23,828 bases of DNA. Source: an uncultured Chroococcidiopsis sp. (GTDB taxonomy: Bacteria; Cyanobacteriota; Cyanobacteriia; Cyanobacteriales; Chroococcidiopsidaceae). How positions within the stretch are numbered: the first letter of the stretch is position 1; every line of letters begins with the position of its first letter. The stretch spans positions 1 through 23,828 of the forward strand of contig CAXTYC010000054.1 in NCBI GenBank assembly GCA_964248365.1. The letters run 5' to 3'. Shown in pieces: positions 8,237-17,513 of the stretch. Under the pieces are notes generated by a model, which saw nothing but the letters and a program-made list of their open reading frames with translations, did not search any database and was not told where the DNA came from. A program made the position numbers and the translations under genes.

Positions 8237-8428
8237 TTACATAATTTTAAGTTCGTCTTCAAAAAACCAAGTGGTAAATTTATCTTCAAACTCCACCACT
8301 ACGCCAACACCACTGCCGTCAGTCATTTTAAATCCCTTGATAGTGGCGATTTGTCCAAGACGTTGGACGACGGGAGGGGATACTCTGTCTCTCAAACGGT
8401 AGACTTTAACTTTTTGTCCGATTTCCAT
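8237..8428 (-). CDS. petP: Cytochrome b6f-associated protein PetP (DUF2862)
   Basis: MEIGQKVKVYRLRDRV...KMTDGSGVGVVVEF...TWFFEDEL. ATG at 8428 preferred over the ORF-track start at 8455. Confidence 0.88.
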   Translation of the reverse strand: MEIGQKVKVYRLRDRVSPPVVQRLGQIATIKGFKMTDGSGVGVVVEFEDKFTTWFFEDELKIM

Positions 8429-8507
8429 TCCAATATAAGATCCGCTACAAACCATGAATCAGTTTAGCTGAATCTTAGGCTATACATTTGAGATTTTGGA
8501 TTTGTTT

Positions 8508-8532
8508 CGCGCAAAGACGCAAAGGCGCAAAG
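8508..8532 (+). repeat. Short dispersed repeat of CGCAAAG(A/G) units
   Basis: cgcgcaaagacgcaaaggcgcaaag; related copies at about 14598-14621 and, reversed, about 20570-20597. Confidence 0.6.
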
Positions 8533-8809
8533 AAGAGAAGCAAAGAAGAGAAGGAACAAGCAGCAGCAATTACTAGCGTCATTATATCATATTTTCGGTT
8601 GGGAAATCATGATCCGGTTATTTTTGCTGGCACAATGGTAGAGCGATCGCAAAAATCATGGACAATTGACAAAAGTTTTTTGGCAGAATGGTAAATATGT
8701 GTAGCAATTATGTTAAATTCCTATAGAATTTTTTACCATGTAGCTATCTTAATAATGGCGCTTTGTTTGGAAGCGGATGATGGCAAGCGATCGCGTGTGT
8801 AGGTAGTGG

Positions 8810-9685
8810 GTGAGGGAAGGGAAATTGCTGCAACCAATCAGAGGAGCTTTGGGCAAGGCTAGTAGATTCAAGCGTTGGCTACCAGTGCCGCACAAGTGGT
8901 TAGCGAAGTTCGATTTACTCAGGACAATGGTACGGCGGGATTTGGAAGCGCGGTATAAGGGATCGGTGTTGGGCAATTTATGGCCTCTGGTAAATCAAGT
9001 GTCGCAGTTGCTGATTTACACCTATGTATTCTCTATTGTGCTGAAAATCAAGTTGAGCCTCAAGACTGCCCTGCCAGCTAATGATTTTACTTTTGGGCTA
9101 TGGTTATTTGCTGGGTTGTTGCCTTGGATTGCGTTTACAAGTGGTTTACTATCATCAGCAACTTCGGTGATTGGGCAAACAAATTTGGTCAAAAAGGTAG
9201 TATTTCCTCTGGCTTTGTTGCCCTTAGTGCCGATTCTCTCATCGTTTATTGAGAGTTCATTAGGCTTGACCGTCTTAATCTTGTGGGTAGCAGCGACAAC
9301 AAAGACGCTGCCGACTACGCTGGCACTTTTGCCTTTAATTTGGGTACCGCAGTTATTGTTGACAGCAGGAATCGGATATTTGGTGGCAGGGCTGACAGTG
9401 TTTTTGCGTGATATTCCCCAAACCCTAGGGATGATATTAAACTTTTGGTTTTATTTAACGCCGATTGTCTATCCGGCATCAGTGATTCCCGAAGCATGGC
9501 GGGTTTGGGTTTTTTGGTTAAATCCGTTGACAGCGATTGTTGAAGTTTACCGAGATTTAGTATTAGTGGGAGAAGTGAAACATTGGGGCGAATGGGGTGT
9601 TGCGTCTAGTGTGTCTTTATTGGTATTTTTTGGTGGTCTAACGGTTTATCAGCGGTTGCGTCCTGCATTTGCTGATGTGTTGTAG
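8810..9685 (+). CDS. wzm: Polysaccharide export ABC-2 permease
   Basis: RRDLEARYKGSVLGNLW, NLVKKVVFP, FLRDI, FYLTPIVYP, NPLT...YRD, RPAFADVL; directly upstream of wzt. GTG start uncertain. Confidence 0.92.
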   Translation: MREGKLLQPIRGALGKASRFKRWLPVPHKWLAKFDLLRTMVRRDLEARYKGSVLGNLWPLVNQVSQLLIYTYVFSIVLKIKLSLKTALPANDFTFGLWLFAGLLPWIAFTSGLLSSATSVIGQTNLVKKVVFPLALLPLVPILSSFIESSLGLTVLILWVAATTKTLPTTLALLPLIWVPQLLLTAGIGYLVAGLTVFLRDIPQTLGMILNFWFYLTPIVYPASVIPEAWRVWVFWLNPLTAIVEVYRDLVLVGEVKHWGEWGVASSVSLLVFFGGLTVYQRLRPAFADVL

Positions 9686-9721
9686 AAATTTACCTCACGA
9701 TGCCAATTCAATCGCATTCTC

Positions 9722-11035
9722 ATGAGTGAAATTGCAATTTCTCTGAAAAATGTTTCCAAGTGCTTTAAGCGGTATAACCGTCCTGTAGATCGTTTACAAG
9801 AAATTTTATTACCAGGAAAGCACAGGTCAGATGAATTTTGGGCGCTCAAAGATATCAATTTTGAAGTACCAAAGGGAGAAACTTTAGGAGTTGTCGGCAG
9901 AAATGGTTCTGGTAAAAGTACGCTGTTGCAAATTCTTGCCGGAACTCTCACGCCCACTACGGGAGAAGTACAGGTAAAGGGTAGAATTTCTGCCTTGCTA
10001 GAACTTGGTAGTGGGTTTAATCCAGAATTTACTGGACGGCAAAATGTTTTCTTTAATGGGCGGTTGTTGGGACTAACTCAGAAGGAAATCGAGGAGAAGT
10101 TTGACGAAATTGCCGCATTTGCTGATATTGGAGATTTTATCGAACAGCCAGTTAAAACCTACTCCAGTGGGATGTATGTTCGTTTAGCATTTGCCGTAGC
10201 AGTCAATGTAGATCCAGAAGTCTTAATTGTCGATGAAGCATTGGCTGTGGGTGATATAGTATTTCAGCATCGTTGTATGCGGCGAATGCGAGATTTAATG
10301 GATCACGGAGTTACAACCCTATTTGTTTCCCACGATTCAGGGGCGATTAAAACATTATGTAACTCGGCGATTATGCTTCATGATGGAGTAATTCATGCTT
10401 CGGGTTTGCCTAATTCAGTAATTATTGAATATATCAAAACGGTTACAGAATTAGAACTGGAACTAACACAAGCTGAAGTAGAAACCCATGAGCAACAGAA
10501 AGCTGATTTCAATGAAGCTGTTGAGGAGTCAGTTAAACAATCTACACTTGGGGAAAATCAAACTCGTCGGGGAAATCGCAAGGCGCTGATTGAGGAAGTA
10601 AAACTTCTAAATCAATATGGTGAATTTTGTGGGGAAAGTCCAATCTTTGGCTTTAATGAAGAAATTATTTTAGAAGTGGCTCTCAAAGTATATGAGCCAT
10701 TGCAAGAGTGCATAGTAGGATTTTATATTTGTGATAAGAATGGTAACGAAATAATTGGTAGTAACACCTTTGAAGAAAATCATCCCATTGGTAAGTTAGA
10801 ACCAGGGGACACAATTACAATTAGCTTTAAATTTAAATTACCACTTCGACCTGCTTCCTACAGTCTGACAGTAGCTGGTGCTGAAAACTATGCCGCTATA
10901 AGTTTTGACTGGATTGATAACGCAATGGTATTTCAGGTTTTACCACCAGACACAGGTAAAAGAATCCACGCTTTAGTAGATCAGCCTATGCAAGTGGATG
11001 TTAAAACCAGTACCTACAGCACCATTGCACAATAA
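9722..11035 (+). CDS. wzt: Polysaccharide export ABC ATP-binding protein with C-terminal Wzt_C-like (carbohydrate-binding) domain
   Basis: GRNGSGKST, YSSGMYVRLAF, LIVDEALAVGD, VSHD; about 150-aa beta-rich C-terminal extension starting RRGNRKALI. Confidence 0.93.
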   Translation: MSEIAISLKNVSKCFKRYNRPVDRLQEILLPGKHRSDEFWALKDINFEVPKGETLGVVGRNGSGKSTLLQILAGTLTPTTGEVQVKGRISALLELGSGFNPEFTGRQNVFFNGRLLGLTQKEIEEKFDEIAAFADIGDFIEQPVKTYSSGMYVRLAFAVAVNVDPEVLIVDEALAVGDIVFQHRCMRRMRDLMDHGVTTLFVSHDSGAIKTLCNSAIMLHDGVIHASGLPNSVIIEYIKTVTELELELTQAEVETHEQQKADFNEAVEESVKQSTLGENQTRRGNRKALIEEVKLLNQYGEFCGESPIFGFNEEIILEVALKVYEPLQECIVGFYICDKNGNEIIGSNTFEENHPIGKLEPGDTITISFKFKLPLRPASYSLTVAGAENYAAISFDWIDNAMVFQVLPPDTGKRIHALVDQPMQVDVKTSTYSTIAQ

Positions 11036-11047
11036 GAGTGTTGATGC

Positions 11048-12481
11048 ATGACTAACGATTGGCAAAAAGATTATCCATCTGTTCAAGATCTAAGTGAAAA
11101 AGATCTAGATGATAATAGCAGCTTGAAGAAAATGTTGCGTTTGGTAGGAGAAGAAAAGCGGGTAATAGACTTTGGCTGTGCCACTGGTTATTTTTCTCAA
11201 TTACTCAATCAGAGAGGATGTAGCGTTACAGGTGTTGAAATCAATGCAGATGCTGCAAAAGTTGCCCAGCAATATTGCGAACAGGTAATTGTTGCGGATT
11301 TAGATTTTGTATCTGTTACTGAACTCCTGACTGCACAATCATTTGATGTTGCTGTATTTGGTGATGTTTTAGAACATTTGCGTAATCCCTGGAAATTGCT
11401 TGAGGAAACCAGACAATTATTAAAACCGGAAGGATATGTAGTAGCTTCCATTCCTAACATTGCTCATGGAGCTATTCGTTTAGCTCTATTACAAGGACGC
11501 TTTGACTATATGGAATTGGGGCTTTTAGATAATACTCATTTAAGATTTTTTACCCGCCAAAGCGTTGAAGATTTGTTTGAAAAATCAGGCTATTTTGTAG
11601 AAATAATAGACCGAACAAAGCTGCCAGTATTTTCTGCTTCCCCTTGGGTTCCACGTATTAATAAAAATACTTTTGCTCCCCAAATAATTCAGCAAGTTGA
11701 ACAACAGGAAGAAGCTGATACGTTTCAATTTGTCTTGAGAGCATATCCTTCATCTGAAGTTGGTAAGTATGCAGCATTAAAACAACAGAATTCTCAATTA
11801 GTTTTGGAATTGGAGCAAACCCAATCCCAACTGCAACAAACGCAAACGGCACTAGAGCGAACCCAATCCCAGCTGCAACAGACGCAGGCAGTACTTGAGC
11901 AAACCCAATCCCAACTGCAACAAGCTCACAGAGCATGGGAACAAGCCGACGAGCAGCTACAACAAACTACTAAGGCATGGGAGCAATCCCAATCTCAACT
12001 CCATGATACTCAGACGGCATGGAAACAAGCCGACGAGCAGCTGCAACAAACTACTAAGGCATGGGAGCAATCCCAATCCCAGCTGCAACAAGCGAGGGCA
12101 GCATGGGAGCAAGCCGACAAGCAACTACATGAAACTCAAGCAGCATGGGAGCAAGCCGACAAGCAACTACATGAAACTCAGGCAGCATGGGAGCAATCCC
12201 AATCTCAACTGCAACAAACTACTAAGGCATGGGAGCAATCCCAATCTCAAAATCATTATCTGCAAACAGAACTAGAGCGATGCCTTGAGCAAGTTTCTCT
12301 AACACAATTTCAACTAGGGGAAAAACAAACTGAACTAGAACAATTTCAATCTCAACTGGGGCAGACTCAGGCAGACGCGCAGCAGCTTCAGGAAACAATT
12401 GTCGCCATGCAGTCTAGTAAGTTTTGGAAACTACGAACAAGCTGGTTCAAATTCAAAAAAATCTTTTTAAGAAGTAGTTAA
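11048..12481 (+). CDS. Class I SAM methyltransferase with long coiled coil and C-terminal aromatic/basic tail; putative glycan chain terminator
   Basis: VIDFGCATG, FDVAVFGDVLEHL, LLKPEG, GLLDNTHLRFFT; about 210-aa Gln-rich heptad region; tail MQSSKFWKLRTSWFKFKK. Confidence 0.85.
   Translation: MTNDWQKDYPSVQDLSEKDLDDNSSLKKMLRLVGEEKRVIDFGCATGYFSQLLNQRGCSVTGVEINADAAKVAQQYCEQVIVADLDFVSVTELLTAQSFDVAVFGDVLEHLRNPWKLLEETRQLLKPEGYVVASIPNIAHGAIRLALLQGRFDYMELGLLDNTHLRFFTRQSVEDLFEKSGYFVEIIDRTKLPVFSASPWVPRINKNTFAPQIIQQVEQQEEADTFQFVLRAYPSSEVGKYAALKQQNSQLVLELEQTQSQLQQTQTALERTQSQLQQTQAVLEQTQSQLQQAHRAWEQADEQLQQTTKAWEQSQSQLHDTQTAWKQADEQLQQTTKAWEQSQSQLQQARAAWEQADKQLHETQAAWEQADKQLHETQAAWEQSQSQLQQTTKAWEQSQSQNHYLQTELERCLEQVSLTQFQLGEKQTELEQFQSQLGQTQADAQQLQETIVAMQSSKFWKLRTSWFKFKKIFLRSS
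11810..12250 (+). repeat. Coding tandem repeat, 42-bp (14-aa) unit, about 10.5 copies
   Basis: Units such as AWEQSQSQLQQTTK and AWEQADKQLHETQA; gcatggga-like motif recurs every 42 nt; 8 consecutive Trp-containing units. Confidence 0.9.
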
Positions 12482-12482
12482 T

Positions 12483-14549
12483 ATGGTGGCAGCTAAGCAA
12501 AATGTTGAAAAGCTGATTAGTTTATTATCTTGCCCAGAATGTGGCGGTTATGACTTTAGTTTTAAGACGGCACAATTGCAGTGTAATAGTTGCTTGCTTA
12601 GCTACCCAATTGTTGATGGAATACCAATTTTTACAAAGAATCCTCAAGAGATTAAAGTTATGCCTCTTGAGCATTCAAGTAATCCACCTAGTGAGGGGTT
12701 TCTTGATTGGTTAAAGGAATTAGATGGATATAGTTTAAATATTGGTGCTGGAAGTACTGAAACAAAAATTCCTAATTGTATAGAGCTAGAGTATTCTATT
12801 CATAAAAATACTGATGTAGTAGGTGATGCTCATTACTTGCCTTTCAGAGACGAAGTTTTTGATGCTGTAGTTTCATTTAATACATTTGAACATTTGCAAA
12901 ATCCATTTACTGCGGCAAAAGAAATACTGCGTGTCCTCAAACCAGGAGGCAAAGTAGTTATACACACAGCTTTCTTACAGCCGTTGCACGAGCAACCAGC
13001 ACATTACTACAATGCAACTAAATATGGTATTTTGAACTGGTTTTCTCAGTTTAATGTCGAAAGCTGCAAAGTCTTAAAACAATTTAATCCTGCTTTAACA
13101 ATTGCATGGCTGACAACTGACATACTATATTTTGTTCAGGAATTTTTTGGAGCAGAAACACGAGAAAAATTAGCTCAAACAACGCTTGAGGATTGCAGGA
13201 AACTTTGGGGAAATGAAGATAATAGAACTGGATTTTTGTGGGATACTCTGGTAAATTTACCTCAAGCAATTCAGGAAAAATTTGCTGCTGGCTTTGAGGT
13301 TCAGTTAACAAAACCTATAAAACCATCCAGGCACGACGAGCAGATATTAAATAATTATGCCCCTGCTCGGCATCTGCTGGCGCTTGAAAACTCTTCTATT
13401 GATATAAAAATACCGTCAATGGACACTTCTAAATCTTTGCAGGCAATTGAACAAAAAAGATCATTGGTTATTGGACGCTTACAAGCAGCCAAGATGTGCG
13501 AAGTTATGGGAAAAAATCCCTGGAGTTTAATATCTAACTGTGCATATAATCAATGCGAAAAGCCTTGTATCAGTGTTATAGTCACCCTGTTTAACTATTC
13601 CGAATATATATATGAATGTCTGGATAGCATAACTAAGTCAGAGATTTCTGATTTACCAGCACCAATTGAAGTACTGGTAGTCGATGATTGCTCAAGCGAT
13701 CGCTCAGCAAGTATGGTAGAAGAATATATGGCTAGATCTAATCTACCAATTTGCCTGATTAAGAAATCATTTAATACAGGTTTAGCTGATGCTAGGAATG
13801 TAGGTTTAAAAGTTGCACGTTCTCCTTATGTGTTTATCCTAGATGCTGACAACTGGATTCATCCCAACTGTTTATCTATTCTTTACCACACGATAAAATC
13901 TTCTATCTACGCAGGTGTTTATAGTTCGATTAGGCGGATTAATCATCAAACTAGAGAAGAACTTCCTGGGTTAATTTCCTCGGAGGAATGGAATCTACAA
14001 AAATTAGTTGAGTATCCCTATATAGACGCTATGGCAATGTTGAATAGAGAGATACTCATGAAAGTTGGAGGATATTCTACTGAGTTAATTGAGTATGGTT
14101 GGTTTGGATGGGAAGATTACGATCTTTGGTTAAAGTTAGCTCAGCTTAAATATTCATGCAAGCTTGTTCCCAAAGTTCTCAGTTCCTACCGTGTTCATCC
14201 TACATCTATGATCAATACGACAAATTATTACACGCTTACTATAGCTCGATATTTTACTAAGAAATTTTATGATTTAGTTAATGATTACTGGAAATCACAT
14301 AGGCTGTTTGGATTTGAAAATCACGAGATTTTTCCTCCCACACAACAGCCAGAAGAATGCAAACTTGAACAAGCCGAGAAACGTTTGCAGGAGTTGCAGT
14401 CACAAGTTGACAAAAATTTACAAGAATTGCAACAGGCATATACTACGATCGCTGCTATGCAATCTAGTAAGTTCTGGCAGTTTAGGAATAAGTGGTTTAA
14501 GTTCAAACAGCGTTTGGGTTTGGGTGATGGGACTGAAGTTAAGATTTAA
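12483..14549 (+). CDS. Multidomain protein: Trm112-like CxxC/CxxC domain, class I methyltransferase, GT2 glycosyltransferase, short coiled coil and MQSSKFW tail
   Basis: CPECGG...CNSC...YPIVDGIPIF; LNIGAGS, VVGDAHYLPF, FEHL, RVLKPGG; ISVIV, VVDDCSSD, ARNVGL, LDADN, WEDYDLW; tail MQSSKFWQFRNKWFKFK. Confidence 0.85.
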   Translation: MVAAKQNVEKLISLLSCPECGGYDFSFKTAQLQCNSCLLSYPIVDGIPIFTKNPQEIKVMPLEHSSNPPSEGFLDWLKELDGYSLNIGAGSTETKIPNCIELEYSIHKNTDVVGDAHYLPFRDEVFDAVVSFNTFEHLQNPFTAAKEILRVLKPGGKVVIHTAFLQPLHEQPAHYYNATKYGILNWFSQFNVESCKVLKQFNPALTIAWLTTDILYFVQEFFGAETREKLAQTTLEDCRKLWGNEDNRTGFLWDTLVNLPQAIQEKFAAGFEVQLTKPIKPSRHDEQILNNYAPARHLLALENSSIDIKIPSMDTSKSLQAIEQKRSLVIGRLQAAKMCEVMGKNPWSLISNCAYNQCEKPCISVIVTLFNYSEYIYECLDSITKSEISDLPAPIEVLVVDDCSSDRSASMVEEYMARSNLPICLIKKSFNTGLADARNVGLKVARSPYVFILDADNWIHPNCLSILYHTIKSSIYAGVYSSIRRINHQTREELPGLISSEEWNLQKLVEYPYIDAMAMLNREILMKVGGYSTELIEYGWFGWEDYDLWLKLAQLKYSCKLVPKVLSSYRVHPTSMINTTNYYTLTIARYFTKKFYDLVNDYWKSHRLFGFENHEIFPPTQQPEECKLEQAEKRLQELQSQVDKNLQELQQAYTTIAAMQSSKFWQFRNKWFKFKQRLGLGDGTEVKI

Positions 14550-14670
14550 ATTTATAGCAATCTTATCGGCGGGGGAAATTGATTTTGGTTAACGAACCGC
14601 AAAGACGCAAAGAACGCGAAGGAAAGAAAGAGAGGGTTTCAGGAATCATGCGCGGATTGCTATAAATTTA
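14547..14670. mobile_element. MITE-like element bounded by a perfect 16-bp inverted repeat (TATAGCAATC...GATTGCTATA core)
   Basis: taaatttatagcaatc (14547-14562) and gattgctataaattta (14655-14670); contains a CGCAAAG-type repeat. Confidence 0.65.
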
Positions 14671-14701
14671 TTTAACACAGAAAAATCAGAAACGGAAGTA
14701 T

Positions 14702-15643
14702 ATGGGTGAATTAGCCTATAAAGTAGCAGCTTACATTACTGCTTATCAAGAGTTAGAGGCGGTTGATAAGTGTATTAATGCAATTGAAAGGCAATCTTAC
14801 TCTGTTCAAGAGATATTTATAGTCGATAACTCTAAAAATGAGTTAGGGCTTCAAAGTAAATACAAAAATGTGGTAGTAGATCATCATCCTGAGAATGTAG
14901 GTGTGGCTGGAGGATTGAATCTGGCTATTCGTTGGGCTATTGAGAAAGGATACGATTTTCTTTGGTTGTTTGATCAAGATAGTCAGCCTGATTCTGATGT
15001 TTTGGAGAAGTTACTGCTTAAATACCAGGAGTTGTCAGATACAGGTGTTCAAATCGGTATTGTTACTCCAAAAATAATTGATGTGAATACTCAGCTAGAG
15101 TTTCCTGGCTTTGTATTTAGTGAATTTCATCTTGTTCCGAAAGCAGGATATCACGAAGTACAAGATTTTTATGATTGCGATGCTGTAATTACGTCTGGTT
15201 CTTTGGTTAATTTAAGTGCTGCTAAATGTGTGGAACTACCGACAAGTGATTTTTTCTTGGATGCGGTAGACTACTCTTACTGCATGAATTTTAGAAGAAA
15301 GGGATATCAAGTAATTGTTGTCAAAGATGCAACGATGAATCATCGTATCGGTAAATATTCTAAAGTTAAAGATAGGCAAAGCAAAGAAACGGGCGAAGAA
15401 GTTACAACTTTTGTATGTTCACCGTCTCGCTATTACTACGCCTGTAGAAATCATACTTATTTTGAGACTAGAACTGCTAATAAAAAAATGAAGTATCGAG
15501 CATTCAAACATAGAGTAGAGTTTTCTAAGATGATGATTGAGAGAATTATCCGCTATGAACCAGAAGGTGTTGCACTTAAAGTTTGGGCTTGTGTAGTGGG
15601 AACTTTTGACGGCTTACGTGGTAAGTTAGGCAAAACTTGGTGA
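14702..15643 (+). CDS. GT2 glycosyltransferase, likely rhamnosyltransferase (RfbF-like)
   Basis: IVDNS, ENVGVAGGLN, WLFDQDS, VITSGSL, FFLDAVD, RYYYACRN. Confidence 0.82.
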   Translation: MGELAYKVAAYITAYQELEAVDKCINAIERQSYSVQEIFIVDNSKNELGLQSKYKNVVVDHHPENVGVAGGLNLAIRWAIEKGYDFLWLFDQDSQPDSDVLEKLLLKYQELSDTGVQIGIVTPKIIDVNTQLEFPGFVFSEFHLVPKAGYHEVQDFYDCDAVITSGSLVNLSAAKCVELPTSDFFLDAVDYSYCMNFRRKGYQVIVVKDATMNHRIGKYSKVKDRQSKETGEEVTTFVCSPSRYYYACRNHTYFETRTANKKMKYRAFKHRVEFSKMMIERIIRYEPEGVALKVWACVVGTFDGLRGKLGKTW

Positions 15644-17508
15644 TGATGCATATTTCAAACACTTGGATAATTTCACGTCTTAGGCTACTGTATATCACTC
15701 TAAAAACTAGGGGTGTTCGATATACCCTAGCTAGAATATTTAGGAAGCTGTATGTTAAATTAGAAAATCAACTACCATGCAGGGAAGTATTGCCAGATAT
15801 TCCTAGTAGTAGTGATATTAGATATCACAAATGGTTAATTGAAAACTATCCCAGGAAAGCCGATTTGCAAAGGATGGCTGAAACAGTGGATGTGTTGGGT
15901 TATAAGCCACTAATCAGCATTATTATGCCTGTATATAATCCACCTGAGATTTTCTTACGAAAGGCGATTGAATCTGTTTTAGCACAAGTGTATCCTTACT
16001 GGGAATTGTGCATCGCTGATGATGCTTCAACTGTTTCTTATGTTAAGTCTGTATTAGAAGAGTATAGCACAAAAGACAAGCGAATAAAAGTTGTTTTTAG
16101 GAGCGAAAATGGGCATATTTCCCGCGCATCTAATTCGGCTTTAGAAATAGCAACAGGTGAATTTATCGCCTTACTCGATCATGATGATTTGCTAACTCCA
16201 GATGCTTTGTATGAAGTAGCATTATTGTTAAATCGTCATCCTGAAGCTGATATGATATACTCAGATGAGGATAAGGTTGACGATAATAATCAAATCAAAG
16301 ATCCGTTTTTTAAACCTGAATGGTGTCCTGATTCGTTCCTATCTCGAATGTATACTTGTCATCTAGGAACATACAGGCGATCCCTAATCAATCAAATAGG
16401 TGGTTTTAGAATCGGTTACGAGGGTAGTCAAGATTACGATCTCGTTTTACGAGTCACAGAAAAAACCGATAAAATCTTTCACATCCCTAAAGTACTTTAC
16501 CACTGGCGAGTTCATTCTGAATCTACAGCAGCAGGTGAATCAAGTGTCAAAACCTATGCTTACGTAGCGGCGGAAAAAGCACTTACCGAGGCTATCCATC
16601 GTAGAGGTGAAAAGGGAAAAGTTGCAGGAATTCCTAATTGGTTAGGTAGCTATACAATTCGATATGACATTAAAGATTATAAGCAGGTAAGCATTCTCAT
16701 TCCTACTAGAGATTTAGGCGACACTTTGCATAAATGTCTAGAGTCTATTTTCCAAAAGAGTGTTTATCCAAACTATGAAGTTGTTGTTATAGATAACGGT
16801 AGCGTTGAAGACAAGACAGCTAAAATTATTGCTAATTGGAAGAGTAGGGAACCACACAGATTTAGATGTTGTCGGTATGATATTCCCTTCAACTATCCTC
16901 GGATTAATAACTATGCGGTGTCTCAAGCAAAAGGAGATTATTTACTATTTTTAAATAATGATACCCAAGTAGTTACGCCAGACTGGATAGATGCAATGGT
17001 AGAACAAGCTCAAAGACCTTCTATTGGTGCTGTAGGAGCTTTACTATTATATCCTGATAATACTATACAACACGCGGGGGTAGTAGCAGGTATTGGCATT
17101 GCTGCTGGTCATAGTCACAGACATTATGTATTTGGTTCGCCTGGTTATTTTAATTATATAAATACTATAAATAACTTCTCAGCCGTTACCGCCGCTTGTT
17201 TAATGTGTAGGCGAAATGTGTTTGAGGAAGTTGGTGGTTTTGAAGAAAAGTTGACAATAGCTTTGAACGATGTTGATTTTTGTTTTAAGTTAGTAGAAAA
17301 AGGGTATAGAAATATATATTTACCTCATGTAATTTTATATCATTATGAGTCTAAAAGTCGAGGTTTGGAAGATACTCCCGAAAAGCTAGCTCGTTTTAAT
17401 CGAGAAGCGGAGTATTTACGTAGTAGGTGGAAAGAAATTATTGAACGAGATCCCTGCTATAGTCCACACCTAACACGCGATCGCGAAGACTACAGCATAA
17501 ACGTATAA
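15643..17508 (+). CDS. Tandem-domain GT2 glycosyltransferase
   Basis: First domain ISIIMPVYN...IADDAS...LLDHDD...GSQDYD; second domain VSILIPTRD...IDNGS...FLNNDT...SAVTAACL...NDVDFC. ATG at 15643 or 15646 preferred over the ORF-track start at 15637. Confidence 0.9.
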   Translation: MMHISNTWIISRLRLLYITLKTRGVRYTLARIFRKLYVKLENQLPCREVLPDIPSSSDIRYHKWLIENYPRKADLQRMAETVDVLGYKPLISIIMPVYNPPEIFLRKAIESVLAQVYPYWELCIADDASTVSYVKSVLEEYSTKDKRIKVVFRSENGHISRASNSALEIATGEFIALLDHDDLLTPDALYEVALLLNRHPEADMIYSDEDKVDDNNQIKDPFFKPEWCPDSFLSRMYTCHLGTYRRSLINQIGGFRIGYEGSQDYDLVLRVTEKTDKIFHIPKVLYHWRVHSESTAAGESSVKTYAYVAAEKALTEAIHRRGEKGKVAGIPNWLGSYTIRYDIKDYKQVSILIPTRDLGDTLHKCLESIFQKSVYPNYEVVVIDNGSVEDKTAKIIANWKSREPHRFRCCRYDIPFNYPRINNYAVSQAKGDYLLFLNNDTQVVTPDWIDAMVEQAQRPSIGAVGALLLYPDNTIQHAGVVAGIGIAAGHSHRHYVFGSPGYFNYINTINNFSAVTAACLMCRRNVFEEVGGFEEKLTIALNDVDFCFKLVEKGYRNIYLPHVILYHYESKSRGLEDTPEKLARFNREAEYLRSRWKEIIERDPCYSPHLTRDREDYSINV

Positions 17509-17513
17509 TAAGC

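Noticed and set aside
8488..8976. 68-aa (+) and 75-aa (-) ORFs near the divergent promoter region
   Set aside because: The first is partly repeat-derived and low complexity; the second is antisense to the wzm start.
11810..12250. CRISPR array
   Set aside because: Units are contiguous and in frame, with no unique spacers; no cas genes in the window.
11658..12275. Repetitive alternate-frame ORFs (92 aa and 126 aa)
   Set aside because: By-products of the 42-bp coding repeat.
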